A stretch of 53,644 nucleotides of DNA, taken from positions 1 to 53,644 of the forward strand of contig CAZWDO010000024.1 of the NCBI GenBank assembly GCA_964632485.1, written 5' to 3'. Under the pieces are notes generated by a model. It was not told the DNA's origin and made no database searches. It saw only the letters and a list, made by a program, of their open reading frames with translations. Position numbers and translations under genes: made by a program. This DNA comes from an uncultured bacterium. GTDB taxonomy: Bacteria; JAGOEH01. This document shows, in pieces, positions 42,893-52,220 of this stretch. Numbering within the stretch: the stretch's first letter is position 1; each line of letters begins with the position of its first letter.

Positions 42893-43492
42893 ATGTCTCG
42901 GGATTCGCAGAATCAGGATAGACCGGAAGAATATCTCGAACCGGACGAAACGCTCCATGACGAGCCCGTGTCAGAGGAGATGGACGGTACGAATGTGACC
43001 GGGGATCAATCGGCAAATGCTGATGAAAAATCAGTGCCCCAGGAAATTGACTATATTGATCAACTTAAACGTTTACAAGCTGAATTCAGCAATTACCGCA
43101 AGCGGGTGAACAAAGAAAAAGAGATGTGGAGCGCCCAGTCCGTCGGTGATTTTATTCGCAAATTATTACCTGTGTTGGCGGATATTGAACGGGCCATGGC
43201 GCAACAAAGTGAGCCCCAAACCGAACATGAGAAGGGTTTTTATTTGATCGGCAATAAGTTTATCGAGCTGTTGAAAAAGGAAGGTTTGGAAGAAATTGAT
43301 TGCTTAAATCAGCCCTTTGACCCTAATATTCATGATGCCATTCAGGTGCAACGTATTGAATCGGGTAATGATAACTATGTTTTAATGGTTTTTGATAAGG
43401 GCTATCGCTATCGCGAAACCATTATCCAACATGCAAAAGTGATTGTCAGTAGTCTTGAATCGCCGGATACGGATTCCGATTCCACAAGCTAA
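42893..43492 (+). CDS. grpE: Nucleotide exchange factor GrpE
   Basis: RLQAEFSNYRKR, FDPNIHDA and KGY. Confidence 0.93.
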   Translation: MSRDSQNQDRPEEYLEPDETLHDEPVSEEMDGTNVTGDQSANADEKSVPQEIDYIDQLKRLQAEFSNYRKRVNKEKEMWSAQSVGDFIRKLLPVLADIERAMAQQSEPQTEHEKGFYLIGNKFIELLKKEGLEEIDCLNQPFDPNIHDAIQVQRIESGNDNYVLMVFDKGYRYRETIIQHAKVIVSSLESPDTDSDSTS

Positions 43493-43504
43493 GGAGAATG
43501 GATT

Positions 43505-43783
43505 ATGCCCACCTATGATTATTTGTGTGAAAGCTGCCAGAAGCGGTTTGAGAAACTTCAATCGATTCAGGATGATCCGATTAGGGTATGTCCGGATTGC
43601 GGCGGTAAAGTTAAGCGCTTAATTTCAGGCGGTTCCGGTTTGATTTTTAAAGGTTCGGGGTTTTATATCACGGATTATAAAAAAAAAGGCAGCAGTGAAG
43701 GCAGTGAAGCTGGTAGTAATTCGAAACCGTCAACGGATAAAAGCGCGTCTTCGCCTTCCAAAACAGATAAAAAAGAAAGTTGA
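43505..43783 (+). CDS. FmdB-family zinc-ribbon protein
   Basis: MPTYDY.C..C...CP.CGG...FKGSGFYITDY. Confidence 0.9.
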   Translation: MPTYDYLCESCQKRFEKLQSIQDDPIRVCPDCGGKVKRLISGGSGLIFKGSGFYITDYKKKGSSEGSEAGSNSKPSTDKSASSPSKTDKKES

Positions 43784-43807
43784 AGGCCATTCGGAAAGGA
43801 GAGAGCT

Positions 43808-44788
43808 TTGGATGATTTAGGTATCAACCTCGGAGGTTTATTTACTCCTGCTGAAGCGTCCAGCGGTAATCAATTTGACATGGCGATTATCGGTGGCGGG
43901 CCGGCGGGTTTGAGCGCTGCGCTGTACGCCGCGCGGTCCCGGCAAAAAGTGGTGGTTTTTGAAAAAATGGCTTTAGGCGGTACGATTACGATTACGGAAT
44001 GGGTGGAAAATTATCCGGGTTTTCCGGAAGGGATCAGCGGTTACGAGCTTGCCCAGAAAATGGAGGAGCAGGCTCGAAAATTCGGCGCTGATATTAAAAG
44101 TGAAGAGGTGATATCCTTTGAAAAAAATGATCAATGGTTTATTGTTAAAAGCGATACACAGTCTTATCAGGTAAAAAGCATCATTCTCACCATGGGAACC
44201 TCTTTGCGCAAGTTAGATGTCCCGGGTGAAAAAGAGTTTACCGGACGCGGCGTTTCCTATTGCGCAACCTGTGACGCCGCTTTTTTTCGCAATAAAATCG
44301 TAACGGTTATCGGCGGCGGGGATAGCGCTGTTGAGGAAGGGTTATATCTGACCCGCTTTGCTGATAAAGTCTATATCGTTCATCGCCGGGACCAGCTCCG
44401 CGCCGCGCAGATTATCCAGGAACGCGCTTTGAAGAATGAAAAAGTAGAGTTTATCTGGAATTCTGTTGTGGAAGAAGTTTTAGGAGAAAAAAAAGTGACC
44501 GCCTTACGTCTGCGAAACGTTAAAACCCAGGAAATCTCGGAACATCGTACCGATGGCGTATTTGTTTTTGTCGGGCAGATTCCCAACAGCGAATTAGCGC
44601 GTTCAGGCGGCGTTGAAACGGACAACCGCGGGTTTATCCTGACCGATAATGAGTTATGTACCAATGTTCCCGGGGTTTTTGCCGCCGGGGATATCCGTTC
44701 AAAATCCTTGTTACAGATTGTGACCGCCGTCGGCGAGGGAGCTCAGGCTGAATTTTCAGCAGAAAAATATATGGAAACCCTTTTTTAG
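43808..44788 (+). CDS. trxB: Thioredoxin reductase
   Basis: [31 protein letters not shown] and FAAGD. Confidence 0.95.
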   Translation: MDDLGINLGGLFTPAEASSGNQFDMAIIGGGPAGLSAALYAARSRQKVVVFEKMALGGTITITEWVENYPGFPEGISGYELAQKMEEQARKFGADIKSEEVISFEKNDQWFIVKSDTQSYQVKSIILTMGTSLRKLDVPGEKEFTGRGVSYCATCDAAFFRNKIVTVIGGGDSAVEEGLYLTRFADKVYIVHRRDQLRAAQIIQERALKNEKVEFIWNSVVEEVLGEKKVTALRLRNVKTQEISEHRTDGVFVFVGQIPNSELARSGGVETDNRGFILTDNELCTNVPGVFAAGDIRSKSLLQIVTAVGEGAQAEFSAEKYMETLF

Positions 44789-44798
44789 GAGAACTAAA

Positions 44799-45842
44799 AT
44801 GAGCAAAGAAAAATTGTTAGATGATAATAGTCGTGTGGCCCTTGAAGAGAAATTCAAAGAAGCCTTGAATGAACCCGTGTTAATCGAGCTGGTCGCTGAT
44901 GATACCCGGAACGCAGATTTTACAAGTTTCAGCCGGCAGTTTTTAACCGAATTGTGTTCGCTTTCTGAAAAACTGATACTAAAAACGATGACCCCGCAGG
45001 ATTATAACGATGAATCTATGCCGGTAACCAATACTCCGGATATTTTTATTGGACGGGACCGCGGTTATAAAATTGAGTTTTTAGGCGCGCCGGCCGGTTA
45101 TGAAGTCAATTCGTTTATTGAGAGCTTGGTTTTAGTATCAAATCAACATAGCGGCTTTTCAGAATCCCAGTTGGAACTGCTCTCATGCGTTTCTAAACCC
45201 GTATTAGTGGAATCCTTTGTGACTACCAATTGCCCCCATTGCCCCAAATCCTCGGTAATGAATAATCGTCTGGCGATAGCGCGTCCGGGAGTGATTCATT
45301 CGCGAACCATCGAAAGCTATGAAAATGTAGATATTTCCCGTGAGATGGACGTCAGTTCCGTACCTCAACAGGTCATCAACCGGGACAAGGAAACCATTAC
45401 CATCGGCGTCCAGCCGGAAATGCGCTATATCAAGCAATTATTACAATTGACCTGTCCTGATTATGAAAAAAAATATAAAGCCTGGGAAGAAAAAATGAAT
45501 GCCTCGTTGCCGGATCATCTCGACAAACCGCTTCCTCTCAATTCATTTAATTTCCCTTCTGCTATCCAAAAATATCCTATAATACTGGTTGATTTTTGGG
45601 CTGAGTGGTGCGGTCCCTGCAAGATGGTAGCGCCGGTGTTGGATGAATTGGCGCGAGAATTCAATGGCCGTTTGACGATTGGCAAAGTCAATATCGATGA
45701 AGAAGGCGAATTAGCTCAAAAATATGGCGTGCAATCGATACCTACCCTGATTCTCATGCGCCATGGTGAAATCGTTGAAACAATAGTTGGTTTCCAGTCT
45801 AAAAAACAATTAGCGTCGCTGATTCAACCCCATTTACAATAA
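44799..45842 (+). CDS. Protein-disulfide-oxidoreductase (AhpF-NTD-like) domains fused to a canonical thioredoxin
   Basis: G.PAGYE..SF, CPHC and VSSVP; C-terminal [11 protein letters not shown]...VQSIPT. Confidence 0.85.
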   Translation: MSKEKLLDDNSRVALEEKFKEALNEPVLIELVADDTRNADFTSFSRQFLTELCSLSEKLILKTMTPQDYNDESMPVTNTPDIFIGRDRGYKIEFLGAPAGYEVNSFIESLVLVSNQHSGFSESQLELLSCVSKPVLVESFVTTNCPHCPKSSVMNNRLAIARPGVIHSRTIESYENVDISREMDVSSVPQQVINRDKETITIGVQPEMRYIKQLLQLTCPDYEKKYKAWEEKMNASLPDHLDKPLPLNSFNFPSAIQKYPIILVDFWAEWCGPCKMVAPVLDELAREFNGRLTIGKVNIDEEGELAQKYGVQSIPTLILMRHGEIVETIVGFQSKKQLASLIQPHLQ

Positions 45843-45854
45843 GAGAGGCAGATT

Positions 45855-46289
45855 ATGTCAGGTCATAAAACAAAGGCTCTGGTTCAGCATGTCCGGGGAA
45901 TGACGTTTATCGGCAAGGCAAATTCAAATCATTGGGTCACAATGGATGCCGACAAAGAATTTAATGGGCAGGACGGCGGCGCCCGACCCATGGAATTGGT
46001 TTTGTTGGGACTCGGCGGATGTACGGCCATGGATGTTATTTCAATTCTGGAAAAGAAAAAAACTCAAATCACCGATTTCCGTATCGAATTAGAAGCCGAT
46101 CATGCCCCGCAATATCCCAAAGTCTTCACCCATATTACGCTGGTTTACTATTTCTATGGGAAAAATATTAAGGATGAGGACGTTAAACGGGCCATTGAGT
46201 TGTCGGAAACTAAATATTGCAGTGTTCAGGCGATGTTGCGTCAGAGTTGTTCCATTCAGACTCGTTTTGAAATTGTAAACCAAGGATAA
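45855..46289 (+). CDS. OsmC family protein (YhfA-like)
   Basis: RPMELVLLGLGGCT.MDV and LSETKYCSV. Confidence 0.9.
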   Translation: MSGHKTKALVQHVRGMTFIGKANSNHWVTMDADKEFNGQDGGARPMELVLLGLGGCTAMDVISILEKKKTQITDFRIELEADHAPQYPKVFTHITLVYYFYGKNIKDEDVKRAIELSETKYCSVQAMLRQSCSIQTRFEIVNQG

Positions 46290-46638
46290 TTTTACATTTG
46301 AACGGTTTATAACAACCGCAACTTTATAAACACCCCAGTTCGGGACCTTGATTTAAAATCGATGGTTTTAAATTTTTTCTCGTTCCGTCTGGGGTGATAC
46401 TCAATGTAATCATTTTTTAAAAAAAAAATATATTGACAGTAGAGATAAAACTTTTATATTATAATTATGTTATGCTTTTAGAATTAATTAAAATTACTTT
46501 GACTGCTCGATTGATAAATTAAGTTAAAAATTAAGCAATCAACGTCAAAGTGCTTTTTTTTGTTTGGCAAGCAATATAGAACCTCAAAATCTCCAGCGTA
46601 AGTTATTTTACCTAATATGCGCAGAAAAAAGGAAAACA

Positions 46639-48066
46639 ATGAAGGCAACACTGATTCTATGCATTTGTGTAACTGTATTGATACTTTATATCAATTGTAA
46701 AAACGCAAATTATTATCAGGAAAATTTGTTTAATTCCAAGCCTCATATTGAAGACAGCATTATTTACGCAGTGCCTCAATTTCCGAGGCTTTGCGATAAT
46801 ATGGAGATAGAGAAGAAATATGTGAATATTGGTGATTGTGAATTGTATTGCGAGATTGAAGGCGCAGGGACTCCTTTAGTGCTTATTCATGGGGGACCCG
46901 GTGGAACTCATCATTGTTTTCACCCCTGGCTTTCTCGGGCCAAAGATAAATTTAAAATTATATATTACGATCAACGGGGATGTGGGGTTTCAGATTTTAA
47001 AAGCGGTGAAGGATATTCATTTGAGCAAACAGTTGATGATCTGGAAAATCTGAGGAAAGCTTTAAAAATTGACAAATGGATCGTTTTAGGCCATTCGTTT
47101 GGTGGGGGTGTTGCTCAGTATTATACCATCAAATATCCCCAACATGTTATGGGACAGATTTTAGTGGGTTCGGTACCAATGATGAACAAGCCGGAACTCA
47201 ATGCCACGAATGAGAATTGGTTTTTAAATGAGCAGGAAAACCAAAAAATCAATGAAATAATCCAACTGATTTCTACTGGAAAACTTAATTATGCTCAATA
47301 TTTTTATAACAACGATATCAATGGCGGCTGGAAACGCCAGAATTTTTTAAAACCGGAGCCCAAACGGCAAGCTCAAATGGCCCTCTATGATATTGTTTTT
47401 GACAAAGCGTTTAGCACTGATTTTGATTTATATAGTTTTGAGCATGCGTTTGATAATTGTCCTGTTCCCACGTTAATTTGCGAAGGCAGGTATGATTCAA
47501 TTTGGTCAGCCGAAAAAATTCCCATGATGAAAAAAAATCACCCTCAAGCGAAATTTTTGTCCTTTGAAAAGTCAAGCCATAATATATATAGCGACGAGAC
47601 TGAATTATTTGTGAATACCATAGCTGAGTGGTCTGATACAATATCAATAATTGACAGTAATAAAATTACCGAGTGGAAAAATTACACACATAAAATATTA
47701 AGCGAACAGCTAAATCAGATTGCCAGTGGGAAATTGTTTGTTAAATTGATTAAAACAGAGGGAATGGCTTCAGCAAAAAAATTTTTTGAGGATTTTAAAA
47801 AAAATAATTCGGATAAAACCCTGTTTACAGAGCGCTCATTAAACGTATTAGCATATAGATATCTTGCTGATAATCAAATTGATTTAGCAATCGAATTATT
47901 TGAGTTGAATGCAAAAGAGTACCCTCAATCCTGGAATGTATATGATAGTTTGGGGGAAGCATATTTAAAAAAAGGAAATAAAGAAAAAGCTAAAACAAAT
48001 TATAATAAATCGGTTGAGCTCAATCCCGATAATATAAATGGAAAGAAAATTTTGATCGATCTTTAA
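46639..48066 (+). CDS. Secreted alpha/beta hydrolase (proline iminopeptidase-like) with C-terminal TPR
   Basis: HGGPG, YDQRGCG, GHSFGG nucleophile elbow, SSH, and TPR NVYDSLGEAY; signal peptide from MKATL. Confidence 0.85.
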   Translation: MKATLILCICVTVLILYINCKNANYYQENLFNSKPHIEDSIIYAVPQFPRLCDNMEIEKKYVNIGDCELYCEIEGAGTPLVLIHGGPGGTHHCFHPWLSRAKDKFKIIYYDQRGCGVSDFKSGEGYSFEQTVDDLENLRKALKIDKWIVLGHSFGGGVAQYYTIKYPQHVMGQILVGSVPMMNKPELNATNENWFLNEQENQKINEIIQLISTGKLNYAQYFYNNDINGGWKRQNFLKPEPKRQAQMALYDIVFDKAFSTDFDLYSFEHAFDNCPVPTLICEGRYDSIWSAEKIPMMKKNHPQAKFLSFEKSSHNIYSDETELFVNTIAEWSDTISIIDSNKITEWKNYTHKILSEQLNQIASGKLFVKLIKTEGMASAKKFFEDFKKNNSDKTLFTERSLNVLAYRYLADNQIDLAIELFELNAKEYPQSWNVYDSLGEAYLKKGNKEKAKTNYNKSVELNPDNINGKKILIDL

Positions 48067-48344
48067 ATGATATGTATCATGGGTATAGATGCGTATGGAA
48101 ACATCCGGATTATAACGGATTCCATGCGAATAGCCGCCATTCTCCGCAGTTGAAATCCTTATTCTGTTAATTATTTTACCAGAAAAAAAATCCTTCAGTG
48201 TCAATACGATATTGTTTTGCATCAGATTGCAGTTAAGCAAATTGTCTTTTCCCGGCAGTTCCTGTTATCCCCCAAATTTAAAATGTAATCAGTAATTCGC
48301 CATCCAATTATATTTCTTGAATATAAAAATATTTATAAATTATT

Positions 48345-48361
48345 CTGGCATGTGATATGCA
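48345..48361 (+). promoter_or_regulatory. Putative sigma54 promoter
   Basis: CTGGCATGTGATATGCA, i.e. GG-N10-GC. Confidence 0.5.
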
Positions 48362-48436
48362 TATTAAATTAACAGGTTGCCGGATTACTTCACCGGCTGG
48401 ATTGGAACTCAAAAAATTTAACCGTGGAGGTACATT

Positions 48437-48538
48437 ATGATTCGTAGTGAACCAATCATGCAAGAATTAGCATGTCAACGGGGGATGAGAAAGACATATT
48501 TTTCAATGCAATTTCAGAGGGGTGAGGGATGTGACTAA
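48437..48538 (+). CDS. Putative 33-aa small protein MIRSEPIMQELACQRGMRKTYFSMQFQRGEGCD
   Basis: GGAGG 6 nt upstream of the ATG; lies downstream of the sigma54-like motif. Confidence 0.35.
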   Translation: MIRSEPIMQELACQRGMRKTYFSMQFQRGEGCD

Positions 48539-48625
48539 TTATGTTGTCCGGTGCGAAAAAGGATGGTGTTGAAATGAGGGTTAATTATGAAAGTGAATTG
48601 TAAAAATGAAGAGAGGCGGTTTGAA

Positions 48626-48922
48626 ATGAATAAAGAGGTTAGATCCACTTTGATTTATTTATTTATAGTAGTTGTCGAGAGCGTTTTATTAATCATACCG
48701 ACGGGATGGGTATTGACGCATAGTAATATTTTTATTTCTAATAGCAATAATCCGAATGGTGTTTATGTCGATTCAAAAGGGGGATACCATGACCCGCAAG
48801 TTGAAGAAAAATATGGTTTAAAAAAGGATAAACCCATTCAGCCTATTAAACCCATCAACGCTGGTTATGATCCAAATCTGAGTGTTTTAACGGATGTAGT
48901 GAAATATAATAATGTGGATTGA
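48626..48922 (+). CDS. Hypothetical single-TM protein
   Basis: ORF with an N-terminal hydrophobic helix; GAGG upstream. Confidence 0.5.
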   Translation: MNKEVRSTLIYLFIVVVESVLLIIPTGWVLTHSNIFISNSNNPNGVYVDSKGGYHDPQVEEKYGLKKDKPIQPIKPINAGYDPNLSVLTDVVKYNNVD

Positions 48923-49331
48923 AACGTATTTTTATCAGGATTTCGCTAATGACTGATAACACCTGATAAAAACTGATTGTTGAGGCTTTTGAATTGGTTT
49001 TAGCTCTATGTCTTACAATTAATCGCGCGGTGGATAGATTCGACCCCACCCCACCGCTTGCGCAACTCATTGAAGCTATTTAAATTGACTTTGTTTTTTA
49101 ATGGAAGCATCCGAGTTAGTTATGTTGATATTGATAAATATTTAGACGCGTCAAAAGTTACCGCAATCATATAGATTGTCCAAAATAACGCTATACAGAA
49201 GGCTGGTGGGGACGCCTCACCGGCTTTTTTTATTCTTACTTAAAGTTCTACGTAGCAAAATAAAGATTGCACCAATGCAATTAAAAGCAATCCATCAAGG
49301 CAACAAAGTAGAAATTGATGAAAAATTCAGC

Positions 49332-49360
49332 TTGACATTTTTTTTTAAATATGTTATATT
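49332..49360 (+). promoter_or_regulatory. Sigma70-type promoter upstream of tRNA-Arg
   Basis: TTGACA-17 bp-TATATT with extended TG. Confidence 0.55.
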
Positions 49361-49599
49361 AGAGCTATGAATTACAACAAGAGATGGAATACAACAAATT
49401 ACCTGTCGTCTAATAAAGATTTGACCAAATAATGACCAAAGCAGATGGAAACAATGGAAGAGAAAAATTCAGCCAACTCATTGAATGGAATAAAGGTATA
49501 ATACTTTAATAATTTTGGTCATTTGTTTGCTCAGTATCAAATTTATTGGTTGCGCTTTGTCACGGATTGTGTTGGCGGAGAGCAAGTTAAATACCATTA

Positions 49600-49673
49600 G
49601 CGCCTGTAGCTCATTTGGATAGAGCGTCGGACTTCGAATCCGCAGGTGGGGGGTTCGAATCCCTCCAGGCGCG
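49600..49673 (+). tRNA. tRNA-Arg (anticodon TCG); CCA not encoded
   Basis: Acceptor stem GCGCCTG/CAGGCGC, D arm GCTC-ATTTGGATA-GAGC, anticodon loop CT-TCG-AA, T loop TTCGAAT. Confidence 0.95.
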
Positions 49674-50304
49674 TTCCGGTCAGCGCTGCCATGATCAGAA
49701 TCGGCCTGAGATGGGCCTTGTCCCCAATACAATTTTCCAACTTGGCTGTTAGTAAAAAATTAAAAAATGACTTGACATTCAAAATGGAATTGTTTTTTTT
49801 TTAATAAAATCTATAGTAAGCAAAAGTAGAATGATACATTGACCATGCGATAGCATTGTATAGTAATCAACATGGATTTTCACAAACTGAAATAACCGTA
49901 ATAGCGCTTTGATTAAGTTGATTAAATCACATTGTATTGTACTGCTTCAGATGAAGATGCAAAATTCACCCGCGGCTGTTGAACTAACGTAATTTCAGCA
50001 GCGCCTCGGTAATATTTTTTCCATCGGGCGGAAATACGAAAGCATTTTTGAGTAATTATTTATTTTTTTGATTGACTTTTTATTGAGAATTACTTAACAT
50101 GCATATTGAAAAATGTGTGTCACCAATATCTATCCGGGGTGATAACAGCCGTTTGATGGGCAAATTTATAGAATTCTACCAGGAAACTCCTTTGCTTTCT
50201 TTATTAGTACACCTGATCCCGCTGATGAACTGCGGCATGTTCCCGACACTGCGCACCGTAGAACATGCCAATGAAACCAATCTTTTCGAGACGGCTCATC
50301 ATGC

Positions 50305-50580
50305 CGCCCCAAGAAATATCTTTTTGAAGGATAAGATGGAGAAAAGTATTCCCCAACAAGTGTTGTTAATATTTTGAAGAAAGCATCATTAAAAGCTGGC
50401 ATTCGTAAAATTGTTACACCCCACATGTTGCGCCATAGTTTTGCAACGCGCCTACTGGAACAAGGAACTGATTTAAGGTATATTCAAGAATTATTAGGCC
50501 ATGAAAGCTCAAAAACGACAGAGATATATACTCATGTTTCCAAAAAAGCCATCAATAAGATCAAAAATCCGATAGATTAG
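50305..50580 (+). pseudogene. 5'-truncated tyrosine recombinase with an internal nonsense codon
   Basis: [19 protein letters not shown]...[25 protein letters not shown]....[11 protein letters not shown] at 50332-50334; no recognisable N-terminal half upstream. Confidence 0.9.
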
Positions 50581-50626
50581 TTTTTTGACTAAAAGGAGTA
50601 GAAATGATAAAAGAAAAATATAAACA

Positions 50627-50691
50627 ATTATTCTTATCCCTCCAATTTGGCTGTATAAGAACAATAACTATACACAGACGTTGTGTGGCAT
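50627..50691 (+). other. attI-like primary recombination site (inferred)
   Basis: Inverted repeat ATTATTCTTAT (50627-50637) / ATAAGAACAAT (50655-50665) around CCAATTTGG, then the first core C-GTT-GTGTGG-CAT at 50679-50691 with no attC-like arm upstream. Confidence 0.55.
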
Positions 50692-50946
50692 ATAAACAAA
50701 CTACCAATGGGAAATATTTTATTAAATAGAATTAGAAAAACAAAGGAGGAATAAATATAACAAACTAAAATAAGTACGAATTTTATCTGACAATTGAGAT
50801 TTTCTTTTTTATTCTTTCAGTTATTATTTTCGTTTTTGCTGATGGATTAAAACGATGGTATAGCAAAGGTTTCTTTTTAATTATGGGAGTGAGTAGTTAT
50901 AATATGATTATCAAAAACAAAACAATACTTATTAATTGCCAACTAC

Positions 50947-51354
50947 ATGTATTTTAACATTAAAATGAAACAAGACAATATAGGAACTAAACATGATAAA
51001 TATGCCCCTTATTGGGCTGCAACACTCGTTGTACTTGTAATATTAGGATTGTCAACAATTTGGATTGACTTGGGAAATTTCTGGAAAGGCTATGTGTTAG
51101 ATATGACTGGACCAGCTTGGAATTATATTTTCTTTAGAGGTCTGAATACAGCATATTCGGACAATGCCTGGAGACGCTTTTTTACTCCAAACAGAACCTT
51201 AGCAATATTTATAACAGTATGTATTGGAATTGAAACAATGCAGTACTTTAAAATCTATAATTCGACCTTTGACTTGTGGGATTTGCTCGCTTATATCTCA
51301 ATACTTGTTCCACTATATTTAATTGATTGTGGATTGAATAAAAAGGACAAATGA
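50947..51354 (+). CDS. Cassette 1: membrane protein (DUF2809/VanZ-like)
   Basis: Hydrophobic helices and an E..QY...TFD..DLLAY motif; stop 4 nt before the inverse core. Confidence 0.7.
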   Translation: MYFNIKMKQDNIGTKHDKYAPYWAATLVVLVILGLSTIWIDLGNFWKGYVLDMTGPAWNYIFFRGLNTAYSDNAWRRFFTPNRTLAIFITVCIGIETMQYFKIYNSTFDLWDLLAYISILVPLYLIDCGLNKKDK

Positions 51355-51358
51355 ATAC

Positions 51359-51498
51359 GCCACACAACATTTTGTATAAGTAATGGCAGGTAAAGTACTA
51401 AATATCAAGTTTTGTAGCCCATTCAAACTGCGTAGCGGTTTGACAAGAAAGTACCACGCAATCTGCCACTACTCATACAATTTACCGTTCAGTGCAAT
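51359..51498 (+). repeat. attC-like site 1
   Basis: GCCACACAAC; arms TTGTATAAGTAATGGCAG (51372-51389) / CTGCCACTACTCATACAA (51463-51480); GTT at 51487. Confidence 0.85.
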
Positions 51499-51619
51499 CC
51501 GCTCCGCTTCTTGCACTGAACGCGCGGGCGGTTGGCGCGGTGCAGCCGCAAAGCGGACTGCACCGAACAAACCGGTTAACGCAATAGGGTGTAACCCGAC
51601 TGCGCCAACCGCCCGCGCG
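51488..51619 (+). mobile_element. Cassette 2: 132-bp gene-less GC-rich cassette with a perfect-stem attC-like site (51511-51630)
   Basis: GTTCAGTGCAA (51487-51497) / TTGCACTGAAC (51511-51521); perfect 20-bp inverted repeat 51519-51538 / 51602-51621. Confidence 0.75.
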
Positions 51620-51669
51620 TTGTGCCGCATGCTAAGAAAACAGAGTATCACATAAAAATAGGAGGAATA

Positions 51670-52215
51670 ATGAAAATTACATTGATTATTATAATTGCGA
51701 TTTTAGTAATATTTGCGATTGCATTTATTTACTATGGAGGGTTGATTAAAGTAAACTGTCGGATTGAGAAACAAGGAGGCGAAAAACTGGTTTATAAACA
51801 AATGACTGGTGATTATGCAAAAAGTGCAAAACTAATGGATGAGATTTACTATTCATTACTTAATAACTATGCTATTGATACCTACAAAGGGTTTGGCATT
51901 TACTATGACAACCCGAAATTAGTGGAAAAAAGCAAGTTGCGTTCAGAAATTGGTTGTATTGTCGAAGATAAGGACAGTTCCAAATTTACACAGATTGCTG
52001 AAGGGTTAAGTACAAAAACATTTCCAGAAAGGTCATATATAGTTGCCGAATTCCCAAGTAAAGGGAAATTATCCATTTTGTTTGGCATAATGAAAGTTTA
52101 TCCTGCAATTGAAAAATTTGTGGAAAATAATGGGTATAAGAATGAAGGTTCTGTAATGGAAATATACGATGTCCCAAATAAGAAAATAGTTTATAGAAAA
52201 GAAATAATTGAGTAA
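51670..52215 (+). CDS. Cassette 3 gene A: membrane-anchored GyrI-like small-molecule-binding domain protein
   Basis: N-terminal TM helix; GDY, FGIYYDNP...LRSEIGC, KVYP and MEIY; GGAGG ribosome-binding site. Confidence 0.75.
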   Translation: MKITLIIIIAILVIFAIAFIYYGGLIKVNCRIEKQGGEKLVYKQMTGDYAKSAKLMDEIYYSLLNNYAIDTYKGFGIYYDNPKLVEKSKLRSEIGCIVEDKDSSKFTQIAEGLSTKTFPERSYIVAEFPSKGKLSILFGIMKVYPAIEKFVENNGYKNEGSVMEIYDVPNKKIVYRKEIIE

Positions 52216-52220
52216 ATTGC

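Noticed and set aside
3218-45437. Numerous short ORFs antisense to or nested in well-supported genes
   Set aside because: They are shadow ORFs with no motifs or independent translation signals.
49020-49065. tRNA-like fragment (GATTCGACCCC inside a GCGGTGG/CCACCGC stem) as a possible att duplicate
   Set aside because: It forms no cloverleaf and does not match the 3' end of tRNA-Arg at 49600-49673.
49478-49782. Minus-strand ORFs of 84 and 61 aa
   Set aside because: They are antisense shadows of the tRNA gene.
49965-50035. Hairpin GCTGTTGAA/TTCAGCAGC as a riboswitch
   Set aside because: It is a single stem with no recognisable aptamer motif and no intact downstream gene.
50099-50426. ORFs 50099-50377 (+) and 50166-50426 (-) as the recombinase N-terminus
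   Set aside because: They show no integrase motifs; recombinase similarity begins only near 50305 in a different frame.
51383-51655. ORFs of 90 aa (+) and 60 aa (-) over the hairpin region
   Set aside because: They cross cassette boundaries and are explained by GC-rich palindromes that lack stop codons; no protein motif or ribosome-binding site is evident.
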